Source of the DNA: Iphione sp. A-MEVVRFRX5 | Taxonomy: Eukaryota | DNA: 64,000 bases | Assembly: GCA_976226885.1 (NCBI GenBank) | Contig: OZ320315.1 | Location: 50,406,001 to 50,470,000 of the forward strand | Reading direction: 5' to 3' | In this document: in pieces, positions 37,401 through 50,410 of the stretch | How positions within the stretch are numbered: position 1 is the first letter of the stretch | Layout: every line of letters starts with the position of its first letter | Position numbers and translations under genes: made by a program | Notes under the pieces: model-generated | Seen by the model: the letters and a program-made list of their open reading frames with translations, nothing else | Databases searched by the model: none | Told to the model about the DNA's origin: nothing

Positions 37401-40400
37401 TGCTCCCACAGACCCCGGACAAGGTCATAAAGCGGGATGCTAACCACCCACGTTTGACAGATAATTACAGAACGATGGGCCATCGTTCTCTCTCACAAGA
37501 ACCCGGCAACCCTAAGTAAACCCCCAGCAGGCCCATTCATTACCGACACTGATCACGACCAGTGACAGTGCTATTCAAAGTTGTCAGGCGCGCACTACAG
37601 GTCGAGCATGGGTCGGGCGCAGGCAGGGCGCGCTACACGGCGCCCAGCTAGCGTAAGGCTTCTCCTCTTGACGGCTGTGGACCCGACAGCAGCGGCAACA
37701 CTCATGGCAACACTGCCAGGAATGATACCGAAATTAGGTGCATCAATCATCTTGCCTGACCCATTTATTCCATGTTCTGATTTATCCCATCAATTCACAT
37801 GCTGCAGGGGGAAATCACAGAGCTCGGGTAGACACATGAATAAACCAACATGGCGACTTGAACCTCACGTAACCAACGTCTGATTGGCTAACACCCGCCT
37901 CAATCAGATTCAATGGCTTTTAAAGCGCTGGTGGTAAAAGATTTACTGCGCCGCGATAATGTCTTTTAAAGTGGGGTTTGATTGTCGCTTGTCACGGTGC
38001 CTTCAACTCAGCACCATCTCGTTTGTGTGTGATTGCAAGTTTGTGGTTTATGCGCTCACAAATGGCACTGAATGAACCCAGAGCGTTGAAAAATATATTA
38101 TCAGTCGACACTTTATATTCTCATTTTCAGTGTAAAGACAGCCTTCAACACGAAACATGATTGATTTCTTCTGGTTTATGAATGAAAAAGAGAGTGAGAA
38201 CTGTCAGTGTCAAGTTAAAACTGCTTATCCATTAGCACTCCCTGGGGATAAAAAGCTTTGCAGAGAAAGCGAATGCACTTCTTTATTTGAGATCCTCGGC
38301 AGAGTGCCTCAGCGGATATAAGTAAGCCTGTATAGGCTGCCCACATAATGAAGGAGATCATTTATTCCGACGGCTGCCTTAGGCACTGGAATTAACGACC
38401 AGGCTTGGCGAAAGTTCAATCTGTGCGCTCGAACTCTTTTTTTTTTGTAGCCAACATATCACGAAATGCGATTTCTGGGAATCCTTTACGCGCCCCCACC
38501 CAGTGTCTGCCCCATTTAAGGCGACCAGCAGGGCGGCGGCCTTAAGCGGCCTCTAGAAGTTCTTTCGGGCACATCCGGCAGCCATCAAAAGACCCCAACA
38601 CGGATCTTTCGGTGCGGGTTTCCGCAGAAGCTGCTGCTGTCAACCACCACGGAGCGAGCCGATCTGGGTGCCGGGAGTCGAGCGTGAGGCCCGGAGAGGA
38701 ATATTCAGGATCTGGAAGGGGGAGGTTTGTGGCGGCGGGGGAGGGGGGGGGGGTTACTTCTTAAAGGGGTTCGAGCCTTGCCGATGATTCAACAAGGTAG
38801 CTGCCTGTCGATCTAGTTGATGGATTGGGCTCAAGTCTCACGTGAAAAGGTGAGACGCAGGGGTTAGCTTTGTCTTGATCCCATTCCTGGCGGAGGTCGT
38901 CCAGGGCGGGCAGTTTATCCGCAGTCGCGACATACTAATTGTCCTTCACTGTGAGTTTGACTCTTAACCACATCAACCCCAACGACGGCGGCCGCTCCCC
39001 CTTTTAAGCAATTGCACTAATTATATACACTGACCCTCCTTGGAACAGGTCTAAGCTACCCTTGATCACCTAGGGAATTTTAACGTTGACGTCGGACTGA
39101 TCGGTCTATTTCCCTCCTACTACTTTGGGAAAATTCAAATCCGTTGTGTTTATAGAATGACTGTAGGGCGATGGCAGTGATTTAAATTTTCTCCCCGAGG
39201 ATACTCCCTTTTAAGCGCTTCCTTAAGTTAACCGCGATTTTTTATTATTTTTTTGGGGGGGGGGGGATGGTGGTGGTTCTTTTTATTTCGGCTAAACGGT
39301 TATGCTGTCAATGTGGCCAATCTATCTGACGGTTTGGATCAAGGGTTCAGTTCGGTCCGCTGACCCGCGGACAACAATAGCGGTCCCGAAGGCGTCGCCA
39401 GGGAAATCCTCGGACGCTGACGCCCAATATGTCACCCGACGCCACGACCTCCGGCCGCCAGTCGGCGCGAGCTATTCACGTGAATCATTAACAAGAACAA
39501 AAGGCGCGCCCGTCGCCCTGTATCGGCTGTGCGCTCATTCTGATTCTCAAGTAAGTGGACGACACATGTACAGCTCATGACCACACGTCACGTTTGTCTG
39601 CTTACTACTCATACACTTAGATTAGTTTCCTATATAAGTGGAGGTTTTTAGAGGGTCTGTGCACAAACGTGTACACGTAGCTCTACTGTCACATTCGGAC
39701 AAAAAGATAAGCTTTTCTCGAGTTCATCAATAAACTTGCCCCCACTTCTGAGTTTTCATTGTCAGTAAGCAGCATATGTTCCAATATTAAATTTTTTTGC
39801 TTCTTCATCTCCATTGTGAGAGGCAACCTTCTAGTAGCTGCGTTGTATTCCTTTTACTAGTTTTACATGACTCTTGCATTAAAAATGTTACTGCTGATAC
39901 ACTGCGAACTAAACAGCTTTCGCACACGGATTCATATGCAATGTCCCCTCACTAATACAACCACCATCGGTTCTGACTGCAAATGGTTGCAATAGGGAGT
40001 GGTCACACGAGAGAGGGGCATGTATGTGCATTATACATGTATCCAATCCTGTTCTTTAAAAATTGTTTTTTTGTGGAGGTGGTCTGGTTAAAGAAGTGGT
40101 CCCAGGAAACACTGTACATGTACATATAAAAGTACATTTAAAAGAAAATCTGTATTCACACTGGAAAGTACGTACATACATTGAAGACAGGAGCATCAAG
40201 TATGTTGCTAGTACTTGTTTGAAAGTGATGATATACATGTATATATACATACAGGATGAAATGAAGATTTGTGGATATGAAAAATGAATAGAACCAACAA
40301 CAAGATAAAATGAAAAAAGTAACATAGGGGAAATCATTTCGAGAATGTTTAGTTGAATGCTTGTCCGTGTGGTCCGTGTTTGTGCTATATTGTTTTTTGG

Positions 40401-41869
40401 CTCATAGATTCGTCTCAGGCAAAACCCTGTGAGGACTTTGTCGTACTTCTCAGGCAACACCAGGACTTAATGTTCCTGTTTTGACTGCTCGTAGTTGGAG
40501 ACACAAAACATACTTTGGAATATACATTGGGTTTACAAGTCTACGTCGGTTGTCTTTCGTAGGAACACACTCATAGGAATAACTAACTGCGTTTGTGTGC
40601 TCTCTACCGAACGTGTTCCGCACCATTTTCGTAATATCAGGCGATTTTTGGCCTCTATGATGTCTGCAATACAATAGGCACATCACTCTGCTTCTTCCCG
40701 CTCCTCATCACGCAAAAATGTCGTCTGTCAACCGAGATTCTCCAGACTGGCTGATATGCAAAGGCGCTTCTCGCTTGCCATGCATCCTGCTTTGTGTGGT
40801 TATCGTGTAAGCACAAAGCATAACCTTAATACCTCATGACAAATATCTACTCCGAGGAAAGAGAATAATGAAAAACCACTTGTTATTATGGGATGTTTAA
40901 CATCGCTTTCATTGAACGTGTTTGGATTAGCTTCACACTCTGAATATATTAACCCAAATAGTCTACGATTGGGAAATTCATCCCGCCAAATGCCTCACAG
41001 CCGGCAGTTTTCCATTCTGATGAAAGCTGTCACCATTTCTGATTTGTCCTCATCAGTTGCCATTTTAAAAAGCAATATCAAAACTGTCCAAATATGATTT
41101 GTTCCTAATCTTAAACCGCTTTTATATAGGGTGACATCCCAATGATATACATGAACATGTACATGCATGAGTGATTGCGTCGTTATTTAGAAGTACATAT
41201 GCAAGCCTACGATACACATGCAAATTCTTATGAAACGAGGCTATATTGGACAGGACTCCCGATTATATTGTATTTATGTATTCAATTGCACCATTGGATG
41301 AGGTACGGATTATTTGAATGATTTTCCCTCCCCTTCACGTTTTTAAATGACACACCCAGGCATTTGCTGCTTAACCAGGTATTGAGTACAAAAGACCTGC
41401 AAGATGTCCCACTGAGTCACCGTTAGTATATATGTACATGTACACTGTACCGTGAACAAGAACATTGTTCATTCTCAGGATCCTCAAAATTATCTTTTAA
41501 GGTAGATGGAGGATATGAATTGGTTTCCTGTTATTTTTAATAGACCTTGTTATTTTTAGAAATAAATGATGCAGTGCACTACCGGTGAAATGTTCGGCAC
41601 AGTTTATTTTACTTCCTAATACAGGACTGTATCCGGCCCTCGCAAAGTGTCCAAGAAAGGTCAAAACATCCCAATGTCATTAGGGCACAGACACTGAAAC
41701 TATAATTGATGCCTGTCCTACATTAGATCGTTTTATTTCTCATGAGCTCAATTCAATGATGCCGTGCGTAAGTGCCACGAAGCGGTCGTGTGAGAAAGTA
41801 CTCAGGCTGCCTCCACCGTTACTCATCCTCCCAGGCAATCCCGTGATGGACATTACTTTAATAGGTACC

Positions 41870-42720
41870 GTCTGAGCGCGCAAGGAATCATGCATCTTAC
41901 GTCCTGCCTGTCATCCCTTGTTTTTCCTTCGGCTCGCACCGAACAGTGATGGAGAAAAATCCCATACCGGTGAGGGCTGCCCAATTTCGGCCTCCACCGG
42001 GGCGGCGGCAATTTGCAGGCCTTTTAGGAGACAATGCTGAACAATCCACGTCCAAATGCATCCCGGTCGGCAGTGATCTGTCTTGGGAATTAGCGAGGGC
42101 AGACAGCAAAGAAGCCCCTGGCGGTACAAGCCCCTACTTTGGCCCTTAGCCGAGGCCCTTCTGGGGACCTTTGTTCTCTCCTATATAAAATATATAGCCT
42201 GACGATCGCTGCGGCCGGCCGTCTTTTTAGCGTCATGTTTTCGGGGCATCTGCTGAATTAAAACGTCAACAGGCGCTGGTGATCCATCTTCCACAGTGGC
42301 GCGTGCCCCGCTCCGCCCTCCGTCGCCTAGCGCCGAGCCAGCCGACCGTGGCACCACCAGTGGCCGACCCGAGCACGACGCGCGAGCGCCGCTACACGCC
42401 TGGTCGACCTGCCCGCCCGCCGCCGCGGCCGCGCCAACTTTGATTCGGCCGACGTCGCTCTTTCGACACTTCCCGTTTTGACTTTCATTATTCTCCATCA
42501 CTATGACACTAGCTGGCGGTTGTGGCGTGGTCAGTCGTCGAAACGAGTCGGCGGCCATGTCTGACCTGCATCGGCTTAGCGTCACGTTCAGTGGCCGTTA
42601 CAATGGGTGGCACAAAGTACACAAGTTTAACCTCTCCCCGGCATAGATTAACGAGGGCTTCAAAGGGGTGAACAGTGGCTTCCAGCATGGTACACACAAC
42701 TTTGGTATTCGGCTGCCACT
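41870..42720. promoter_or_regulatory. CpG/GC-rich promoter-like island with palindromic TATA
   Basis: High CpG density (e.g. cgcccgccgccgcggccgcg); CTATATA-AAA-TATATAG at 42181-42197; no recognisable protein encoded. Confidence 0.4.
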
Positions 42721-45700
42721 ATTCAGCCGTGTGATCGTGACGGTTTCACAATTAATGATACCTAGTTGAAACATCTACTGGAAATTGGGAGTTGATAAAT
42801 GAAATTTCACCTAGATTGTATACGGTGACATTTTCAATCACACGCTCTATGAAACGTATCTGGTTCTGATAGATCACCGTGAGCACCAAACGAATCTGAT
42901 GAACGGATCTTATGCCTTTCACAAAACATCTAATTTCTTCAAAGGACTCTTCAATTATCCTTGCTGCCGAGCGCACAGACTTTCTTTCGACGAAAGGCTC
43001 CTGTATGCATTTGTCAAACGTATAATTTTGGGTGGTAATATTTTTTTAAAATCATTTCTTGCAAGTGCTTATATTCTCAAATAATTTGGATATCTTTTTA
43101 CACAATTAATTAAACAGGGAACGTATTATGAACGCAAAATATTATTTCAATTTGAACATTAATTAGGCGAAGTTGGGTTCTCGTGTTAACAACCGCCTAT
43201 CTTTCCTCTGCTGCGCTAAAAAGATAATGAAAGGCAATTGTTTTCAATTCAGCATTTTTTCTTCATAGTAAAGAACACAAGACATGATAGATGAGCAAAA
43301 TCTGTTTCCGTATCCTTTAGAGCGAAACTGATGACATCAGTTGCTCTTCCGCGAGTTGCTCTAACTGCCCCAACTTCTCTAAATGACCCGAAAGACTTTT
43401 GTGGACTAGCGGCGTCGAATTTCTGTGTTAAAACCTGTCTGTAGCGTCACATACTCGATCAGTTACGGGTCAGAACTGATGGATGACTTATTGATCGAAA
43501 GGCCCAATATAACCACCAACTTAGGTAACTCCGCGGCTAAAAGCGTCTCCAGTCATTTGAAAGTGGCGTTGATGTATTCATACTTTTCAAGAAGCTAGCT
43601 CCTGAGGAACGTGTAGTTGATTCTAAAGGTGATATTAATAACGAAAAATAAGAAATTAATTTAGAATAATTTCACACATTTATATTTTGAAGCATCACAA
43701 AGGAAGCTTTTTTTTGTTACGCACAAATTATTGTTTGCAGTATATGATTACTCGACTTATTTTCTACGTGATTACTTGTATTTATCTCTGAGACACCTTT
43801 CATTATGTATTCACCTAACCACTATCTGTATTCCAACGTTAAACCCATATTAATTACGCCCGTAGCAAATGCAGGGTTGAAAACCAATTCGGAATAGCCA
43901 TACAAACTGCAGGTCTTGGTTTTCTTTCATCCATGGTTCCATGGCGCTGGAGCAATGTCTCTGCTGACCAAGTGGATCCAGCACCGTTTATATCAGTAAA
44001 CAATATCTTTTAATGTCTCGCCGCGGTGCGATCTCCCATCTAATTTTTACAGTGGCTAAAAAGAACTGCATTTCTGTCAGTATTGATACCAGTATTCAGT
44101 TTTCAGTATGTAATCATCGTCATTTCACATTTTCTATAAGGTAATATAGAATTACTCAACACGCATTTTATTTCTAATAAAACTCAGGAGTTCCACATAT
44201 TATCTCGGAAGCTGACGTGCGTAACGGAAGCCACGTTCATTGCTATGTATATAGCTATTGTTCCAATAGATCTTGTTATTCGATCGCCTTGTGGATGGCA
44301 AACTGCAGTAGGTCGCTCAATGGCATGTTATGCACACAGCCTGATAGGCTAGTGATTTGGTCAGATGGGATACATGCACGACAGTTTTCATGTGACGTCA
44401 CACTTTGTTGACCTTTCCTCACCTTCCGATAACCTTGATGTGTGACCTCCGCGTTAGGGGGCGGCACCAGAACTGTCAGAAGCCCTTCTCCCGGGAGATT
44501 CCATTTCCATGACCAATCGCTTTCTCCCGCGGAAGCCATTGTTCTTTCCGACTGTGCCTTTGACAGATCGAACGCGCAGATACTGGAGATCATTGGGTGC
44601 GTCTCTAGGGGAACGTAATAGATCCGGAAGGTCATTGAGTACAACAGCCTGAGCTGGTTGATCATGGCAGCTCTTAACCTGAGGCGTCGACACGTCTAAC
44701 CCAGCGTCAATCATAACACAGCACAGTTAATTTCACAAAGCCCACCCCGGCCGGTCGGGTAGTGTTAGCTGATTAGTGCCTAGTGTGATGTGTTGTCAGG
44801 GGATCTTAGGGCGGGCTCCCCGGAGAACTGCGGCGCTACGATCAGAAGAGTGAGCATGCTTAGCTTCCAAAAGAAACTTGGGCTTGGGCGTCGGTGTGCC
44901 CTGACATACCTGGCCCATATGTATGTACAGAAGGACCATATAGTCCAAAGCGGGAAGGAGCTGTCCCGGCTGGACGAGATTTCCTGTATGGACTGTGGGA
45001 ATGGGAAAAAGACTTACCAGGCTTCCTGCCTGAAGCATTGCATTTCCATACTTTTTCTCGTGGGTTCCTATTGATTTATACTTGTCATGTATGGATGTGT
45101 CCCCTGCTTCGAGGAGCTGCGAACAAGTGAGCCCGTCGAGACAGTCCCCTGAGTAGGATGCCCTACCTCTGGGCTATTCATCATTGGGGGATTCATCCAC
45201 ACTCACCGACATGCACTAAGGACGTATCATCAGGGTCAGGAGCGTCCCCTTAAATCACACCTTGAACGCACAGGGTATTGCCCGAGGGAAAAGAGTGGTT
45301 GGGATTGACCCCATTCCGAACGATACAAGTGGGTGATGTAAAGATGTCCTGCACATTACCTTCGGAGTGCTCTCTTCCGGACAGGAGGACTAAATAGACT
45401 GTCTGTGTTGGGAAGCCGCGGGCCCTGCCTGCAGTGACTACAGATCCGAATGGGAAAACGCGGTCACTTCTAGGAATGAATGTGCGTAAATTAGGTCGCT
45501 GTTGGATATTTAGTTGTCAACCTTTTGACATCAATTGTTAGATGACTGTCGAAATTGTAAATATAATAATCTCGTCCAACACTGCTAGAAGTAATAAGAT
45601 GACTCTGTGCTCAAGGCTGGCACTCTTATGAGAAATTTGCGGAACAATATGTCTACGTTCTAATTAGACCTCCGCCATAAACCAATTCAGCAATCATCCA

Positions 45701-47159
45701 TTTTTTTTTCTTTTTCATTCTGGAATCATATCCACTGTTCATCAAAGGCAGTTGACGTGAACCTATACCTCATGTTCCTACAACTCCTTCGTCACCTGGC
45801 ACTATTGATGTAAATAATCAGATAGGCCCTACATATCTGTTGCGATGCTTTCACGTAAATGTTTTTCGCCTGCTTCCTCGTGTTCAGGTCTGTATTATTT
45901 GACGCCCTACCCTGCGCCTCATTCCATCATTACTCCTTTAATGGAAAGTTGGACAGCAGTAAAGGGAAAAGAGCCTCTTCTATTTAAATGCTGAAGTAAA
46001 AATCCGAAATGTTTCCCCGATAATACTTGAAGTTCAATGTCATGATGATGCTATCGATTTCTGCAATCAGAGGGAACTTCTCTCGGGTGAGTGTCGCCTT
46101 CATGATGCTTTTATGCATGAAAAACATTTCGCCACGTTGTGAATAGGTACTCCCTTTGCTTTCGCATGAAAAAAAACATGTCGGGAGGAAAAGCAATAAC
46201 GGCTAGATGTATCTCATGATAGAAGAGCTACTACTCCCTGAGGCTATAGCTCCGAAGAAAATAAGTGACGCAGGGCAGACTAAATTGATACAGAAGATGT
46301 CAGATTAATTGCGCAACTGTAGTTTTGATCGCCACTGCTAGGGCCTTATGCACACGTACATTACCCTCAAATATATACATGCTTTTTTGTTTCCTTTTCT
46401 GCGATACGCATCATATTCTAATATATTGGCAGAAAGTTTAGCCTGCTCATACCACCATCCGACCTGACACTCTCATAATCTAGATAGGCTTGATCTTGTC
46501 TTTCTGTTGATTGGCTGATTCCCTATTGCGAATAGCACCATATAGAATAGAGAATTAACTTAAGTCCATCTCTAGCAGATGTGCGTTCATCTCGGCCTTT
46601 CAGCGTAGACACACGGTTCACAAGCCAACCACGCAAAATATTGTTCTCTTTCGTTAAGGAGAAAATTTTACAAAAATTAAGATTCAAGATTCATTAACTG
46701 TTATTGTAGCTCTCTCCATGTAGAGTTTTTCGGTGGTGCATTGGAGGTAATAATAGATCAATTCAGTTTATGTGCCAACATGAAAATGTAGTGATTTATT
46801 TGTATAGAGAATATACATGTGAAGAGCTGCAATGGATCGGATGGCGCAGTTTTTAGGAGAAAGACCTCAATGATGTATGTAATAATTATGCCGTGCCAAA
46901 ACCAAGAACATTAGATGAATTGCTTTCCAGAACCCTTATATATGAATCAGACCCTCTTTTTATTAAAAAATCTAAAGATAACACATACGTGCATCTAATT
47001 GAACTGACCGTCAATAGCCAGCTTACATCACTTGAGTAGCGGCTATGATACACAGCTGAAAAAATGTATGACCTATGATCAGAGTACAGGTAAAATCAGC
47101 TATGTGTCAGATCTTTTTCGATAAGCCCTCCGTTGACAAAGTTTTCGAGTCGACAAAAT

Positions 47160-47216
47160 ATAGTATATATAGTAAATTATACATAATATATATATAGTAT
47201 CTATATATATATATTA
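47160..47216. repeat. AT-rich (TA)n low-complexity tract
   Basis: tagtatatatagtaaattatacataatatatatatagtatctatatatatatatt. Confidence 0.8.
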
Positions 47217-50189
47217 GAACTAGATCAATTCTTTAAGGCCTGCTATCCATATCTTTGGATGCCCATAGCCAGGATGTCCTGTATTCATTATTTACGTGGC
47301 CCTTAGACCCATAGGAAGGGTTCCTATGTACACTTATTCATCCTCTCAGATACGTAGGCACTATTGGAATGACAAACTAGGACATAGAAATGTATTACCA
47401 CCTACCCATATGTGTGGACATTACGCTTACAGTGTTGTAGCCATGAGTCTAATCCACTGTTGATGGGTTCTCCAACATATGGATGCAGAAGTGGGATACA
47501 TAATCAGTTGATTGCAACAGAAAGCAGTTCTCTACCTGGTTGCCAAGAGTCATTGTGTCTATTGTAGTGATATGTGTATAAGTGTCATGCAGGCCGGTCC
47601 AAAAAAATACATCACACCTACATATCCAAAAGAATGAATACATTGTACATGGAAAGCCCACCTTGGCACAGTCTCACAGAGACGAGAAGGTTAAAATAGC
47701 TACACATGTTTTCATCATATAGATGGATAGCATGTATCATCCTGTATTGTTTTTTATTATGTTCATAGTAAAAGAGGGTATTCTGCCATGGGCGTCACTG
47801 TCAAAGTGAGTCATCTCCTGACCTGGGCCTCTATACATGTCCCAGCCGTGTGTGGCACCCTCTGTAGACATGATAATCTATTACCGACTTCGTCTGTAAT
47901 TCCCCTTGTCATGAGGAATTCAAACTAAGTGTGACATAAGGAAACGAATAAAACATATAGTCACAGAATGGTATTGAGGCAATTTGTTCATACCATGGAC
48001 AGGATAAGGTAGTCCACCAAAAGGGGTCTAGATATAAGAGGCAGTAATCACTGTCAAGGTCAGCGTGACCTAGGGCCTAAAATCTTGTAATGTTATGGGT
48101 TGTGAGTACCACATGGAGGATCAGCACGTAGTCAAGTATTCGTATGTTGTACACTTTTGGTAGGTTGTGCAGTAGATCATCAGTGACAATTTTAGAATGT
48201 GGTAGTCAAAGTTTAGAGATGGAGATAATGCTATTGAGTTGTAATTTTCTGATAGCTATATCACCAAATGCTACTAATTCTGTCAAAGTCTTACATGCCA
48301 TAACTCATGGATAGGTAGCTGCTGTCAGAGGAATCAAATGGCAAGTTGACTGGAGATGAACTCTGGTGGAAGATGTGCATCAGAGTCCCTCCAGATGATG
48401 TAACAACAGTACAAGTAGGATCCCCCTATGAGTAGATCTATGTACCTCGTGTAAGAATATCACAATCAAATATCAGTGATGACCCTTCCCCATCACCCCA
48501 CCCCATACCCCTTTTGGCCCATACGAGGCAAACCACTACAAACTTGATGAGGAAGAACCCTTGAGTAGCTCTCAAAGTTTAAATGGTGAATCTGCACCAA
48601 GTTGATTGCCTGTGTAATTAATATTGTTGTTGTCATGCCTAGCTTGAAACATTCATCTCGGTGCAGGTTATCGAAGTACTTGTGGCAGGAAGATTATGAC
48701 TATATACCAAGACCATAGTCATGCTTATTTGAAGTTTTAACACCACTGTGAATAACTGCAATGTTCACAATAAGCACTGCTATCCACTCAACTATCATTC
48801 TTTTCAGTATGCTATGGTGTCCTCACATTAGTCCTGATGGTCAGTCCACAACAGGGTAAAACTCAAACTGCACCCGGTAGCTGTATTGCTAAGCTCATAC
48901 TTTGAGTAACTGACCACGAAGGCAGTGGTGTTACAGTTTTTAAGGTTTCATTGAAGCTGCCTAGTTAACAGGCGTTGGCCCCAGTAGCAATTGAGCCCAG
49001 AGCTCACTAATTAACATGCAGATAATATGTACGTTTGGCCCATCAACCCTTGTACTTTCGTCAAGTGCCTTTTACATTCTTGGGGGAGCAGACTTCCAAG
49101 ACTTGGGTAATTTGCCAACTGAGAGTCGCACCTTGGCCAAAAGACCAAACACCCAGACATATTCTATAGTACTGGTAGCAATGAAGCAACCAGAACTGTG
49201 ATGAATATTATGGTCAACATTACCTCCTGACATGTCCACCTAGGACAGTCCTAAACGCAAAAGTAACAGACCCAGAACCTCAGGCATATCTAGTGTTGTG
49301 TTGCATCGCCTCAGGCAGCTGGTTCCACCTGCGTACCCCACTATAGCACAGGCTGGATGCATATTGGTTGCTCCTAGGCCTGTGGGTCACAATTTTGGAA
49401 GCACCACCACCACCACCACCTCAAGCTAATGGGGCACTGCAAGGGATTACTCCCTTTCACCTAATCACCACAATGGTCATTCAAATAGTAAAACGAGGTG
49501 CCAATCAAGGTGGTTGTAGGGAAAGAAAGAGAAAGAGAGAGGCAGACACACACACACATATACACACCTCCCTCCTTGGCTGGCTGTACAAACAGATAAC
49601 CATGAAATAGGCAGTTGATGGCGGGGGACAGTAGATCTCACAGTTCCACACTCCTTTTACACACAAATGATACAGTGGAAATGTTAGACAGTAGTTTCCG
49701 TATCTAGAACCAACACTTCTACTACTTGGATCATAAAGAAACTTATATCATAAGAAACCTAATGATATAAAAGATGTATTTTATGGGTCTGTAGATTTAT
49801 TCTTGCCTAAGTTATTGGCAAAACAAGTATTAAATAATTTTGCAACGGGTCAACAGGGTCAGTTTGTTTACCGAAAACACAGATATTTATTTGATACGCC
49901 TTATATCCCCCCTTGCCTAGGCCTTATGTCCCCCTTCCCTAAACTAAAAGCTGTGCACGTTTTTGGCAGCACCCCTATCCGTCTTTTCCCTGATCGGATG
50001 CACAATTTACCTTGTAAACGCTTGGAAACATATCCATATGAATATTGGGCTTTATTCCCCATTCATCTCTGTGCCAGCTGACAGAGATGTATGTTTTGCA
50101 CTTGTTTTTGGTATTATATTGACAAGAGTATATCCTTTTGAAAATAGTAATACATAGGGGTAGGGAGTTACCTTATATAATTGAGTGCT

Positions 50190-50410
50190 AACTATCACTG
50201 ATCCACTGATTGAGAGGTTAGGGGTTCAACCATGGGCCTGGGACTCTTGATTATGACTGGACAGATTTACTGTAGCTTCAATCCAGATTGATCCCCAGCT
50301 TGTAATAAAGGCCCAGGGTGTATAGGATTCTGTCCCCTGCACACAACAAGACTCCAGAAACCTGTTCAAAATAAGAGTAGGGGCAACCCCTGTAAGTCAG
50401 GTCTCTCAAT
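50190..50410 (+). mobile_element. Possible decayed tRNA-derived SINE
   Basis: B-box-like GGTTCAA followed by ttcaaaataagagtaggggcaacccc, recalled as similar to marine-invertebrate SINE bodies; no TSD seen. Confidence 0.3.

Noticed and set aside
40056-40781. Apparent decayed long ORF on the minus strand
   Set aside because: Four stops in about 107 codons is what random sequence gives, and no family motif is present.
41915-41940. miR-375-like ttcggctcgc
   Set aside because: The seed region does not match and no convincing precursor hairpin was seen.
44276-45038. RT-like snippets VCQGTP and FDLSKA on the minus strand
   Set aside because: They occur in the wrong order for a reverse transcriptase and no YADD motif is present.
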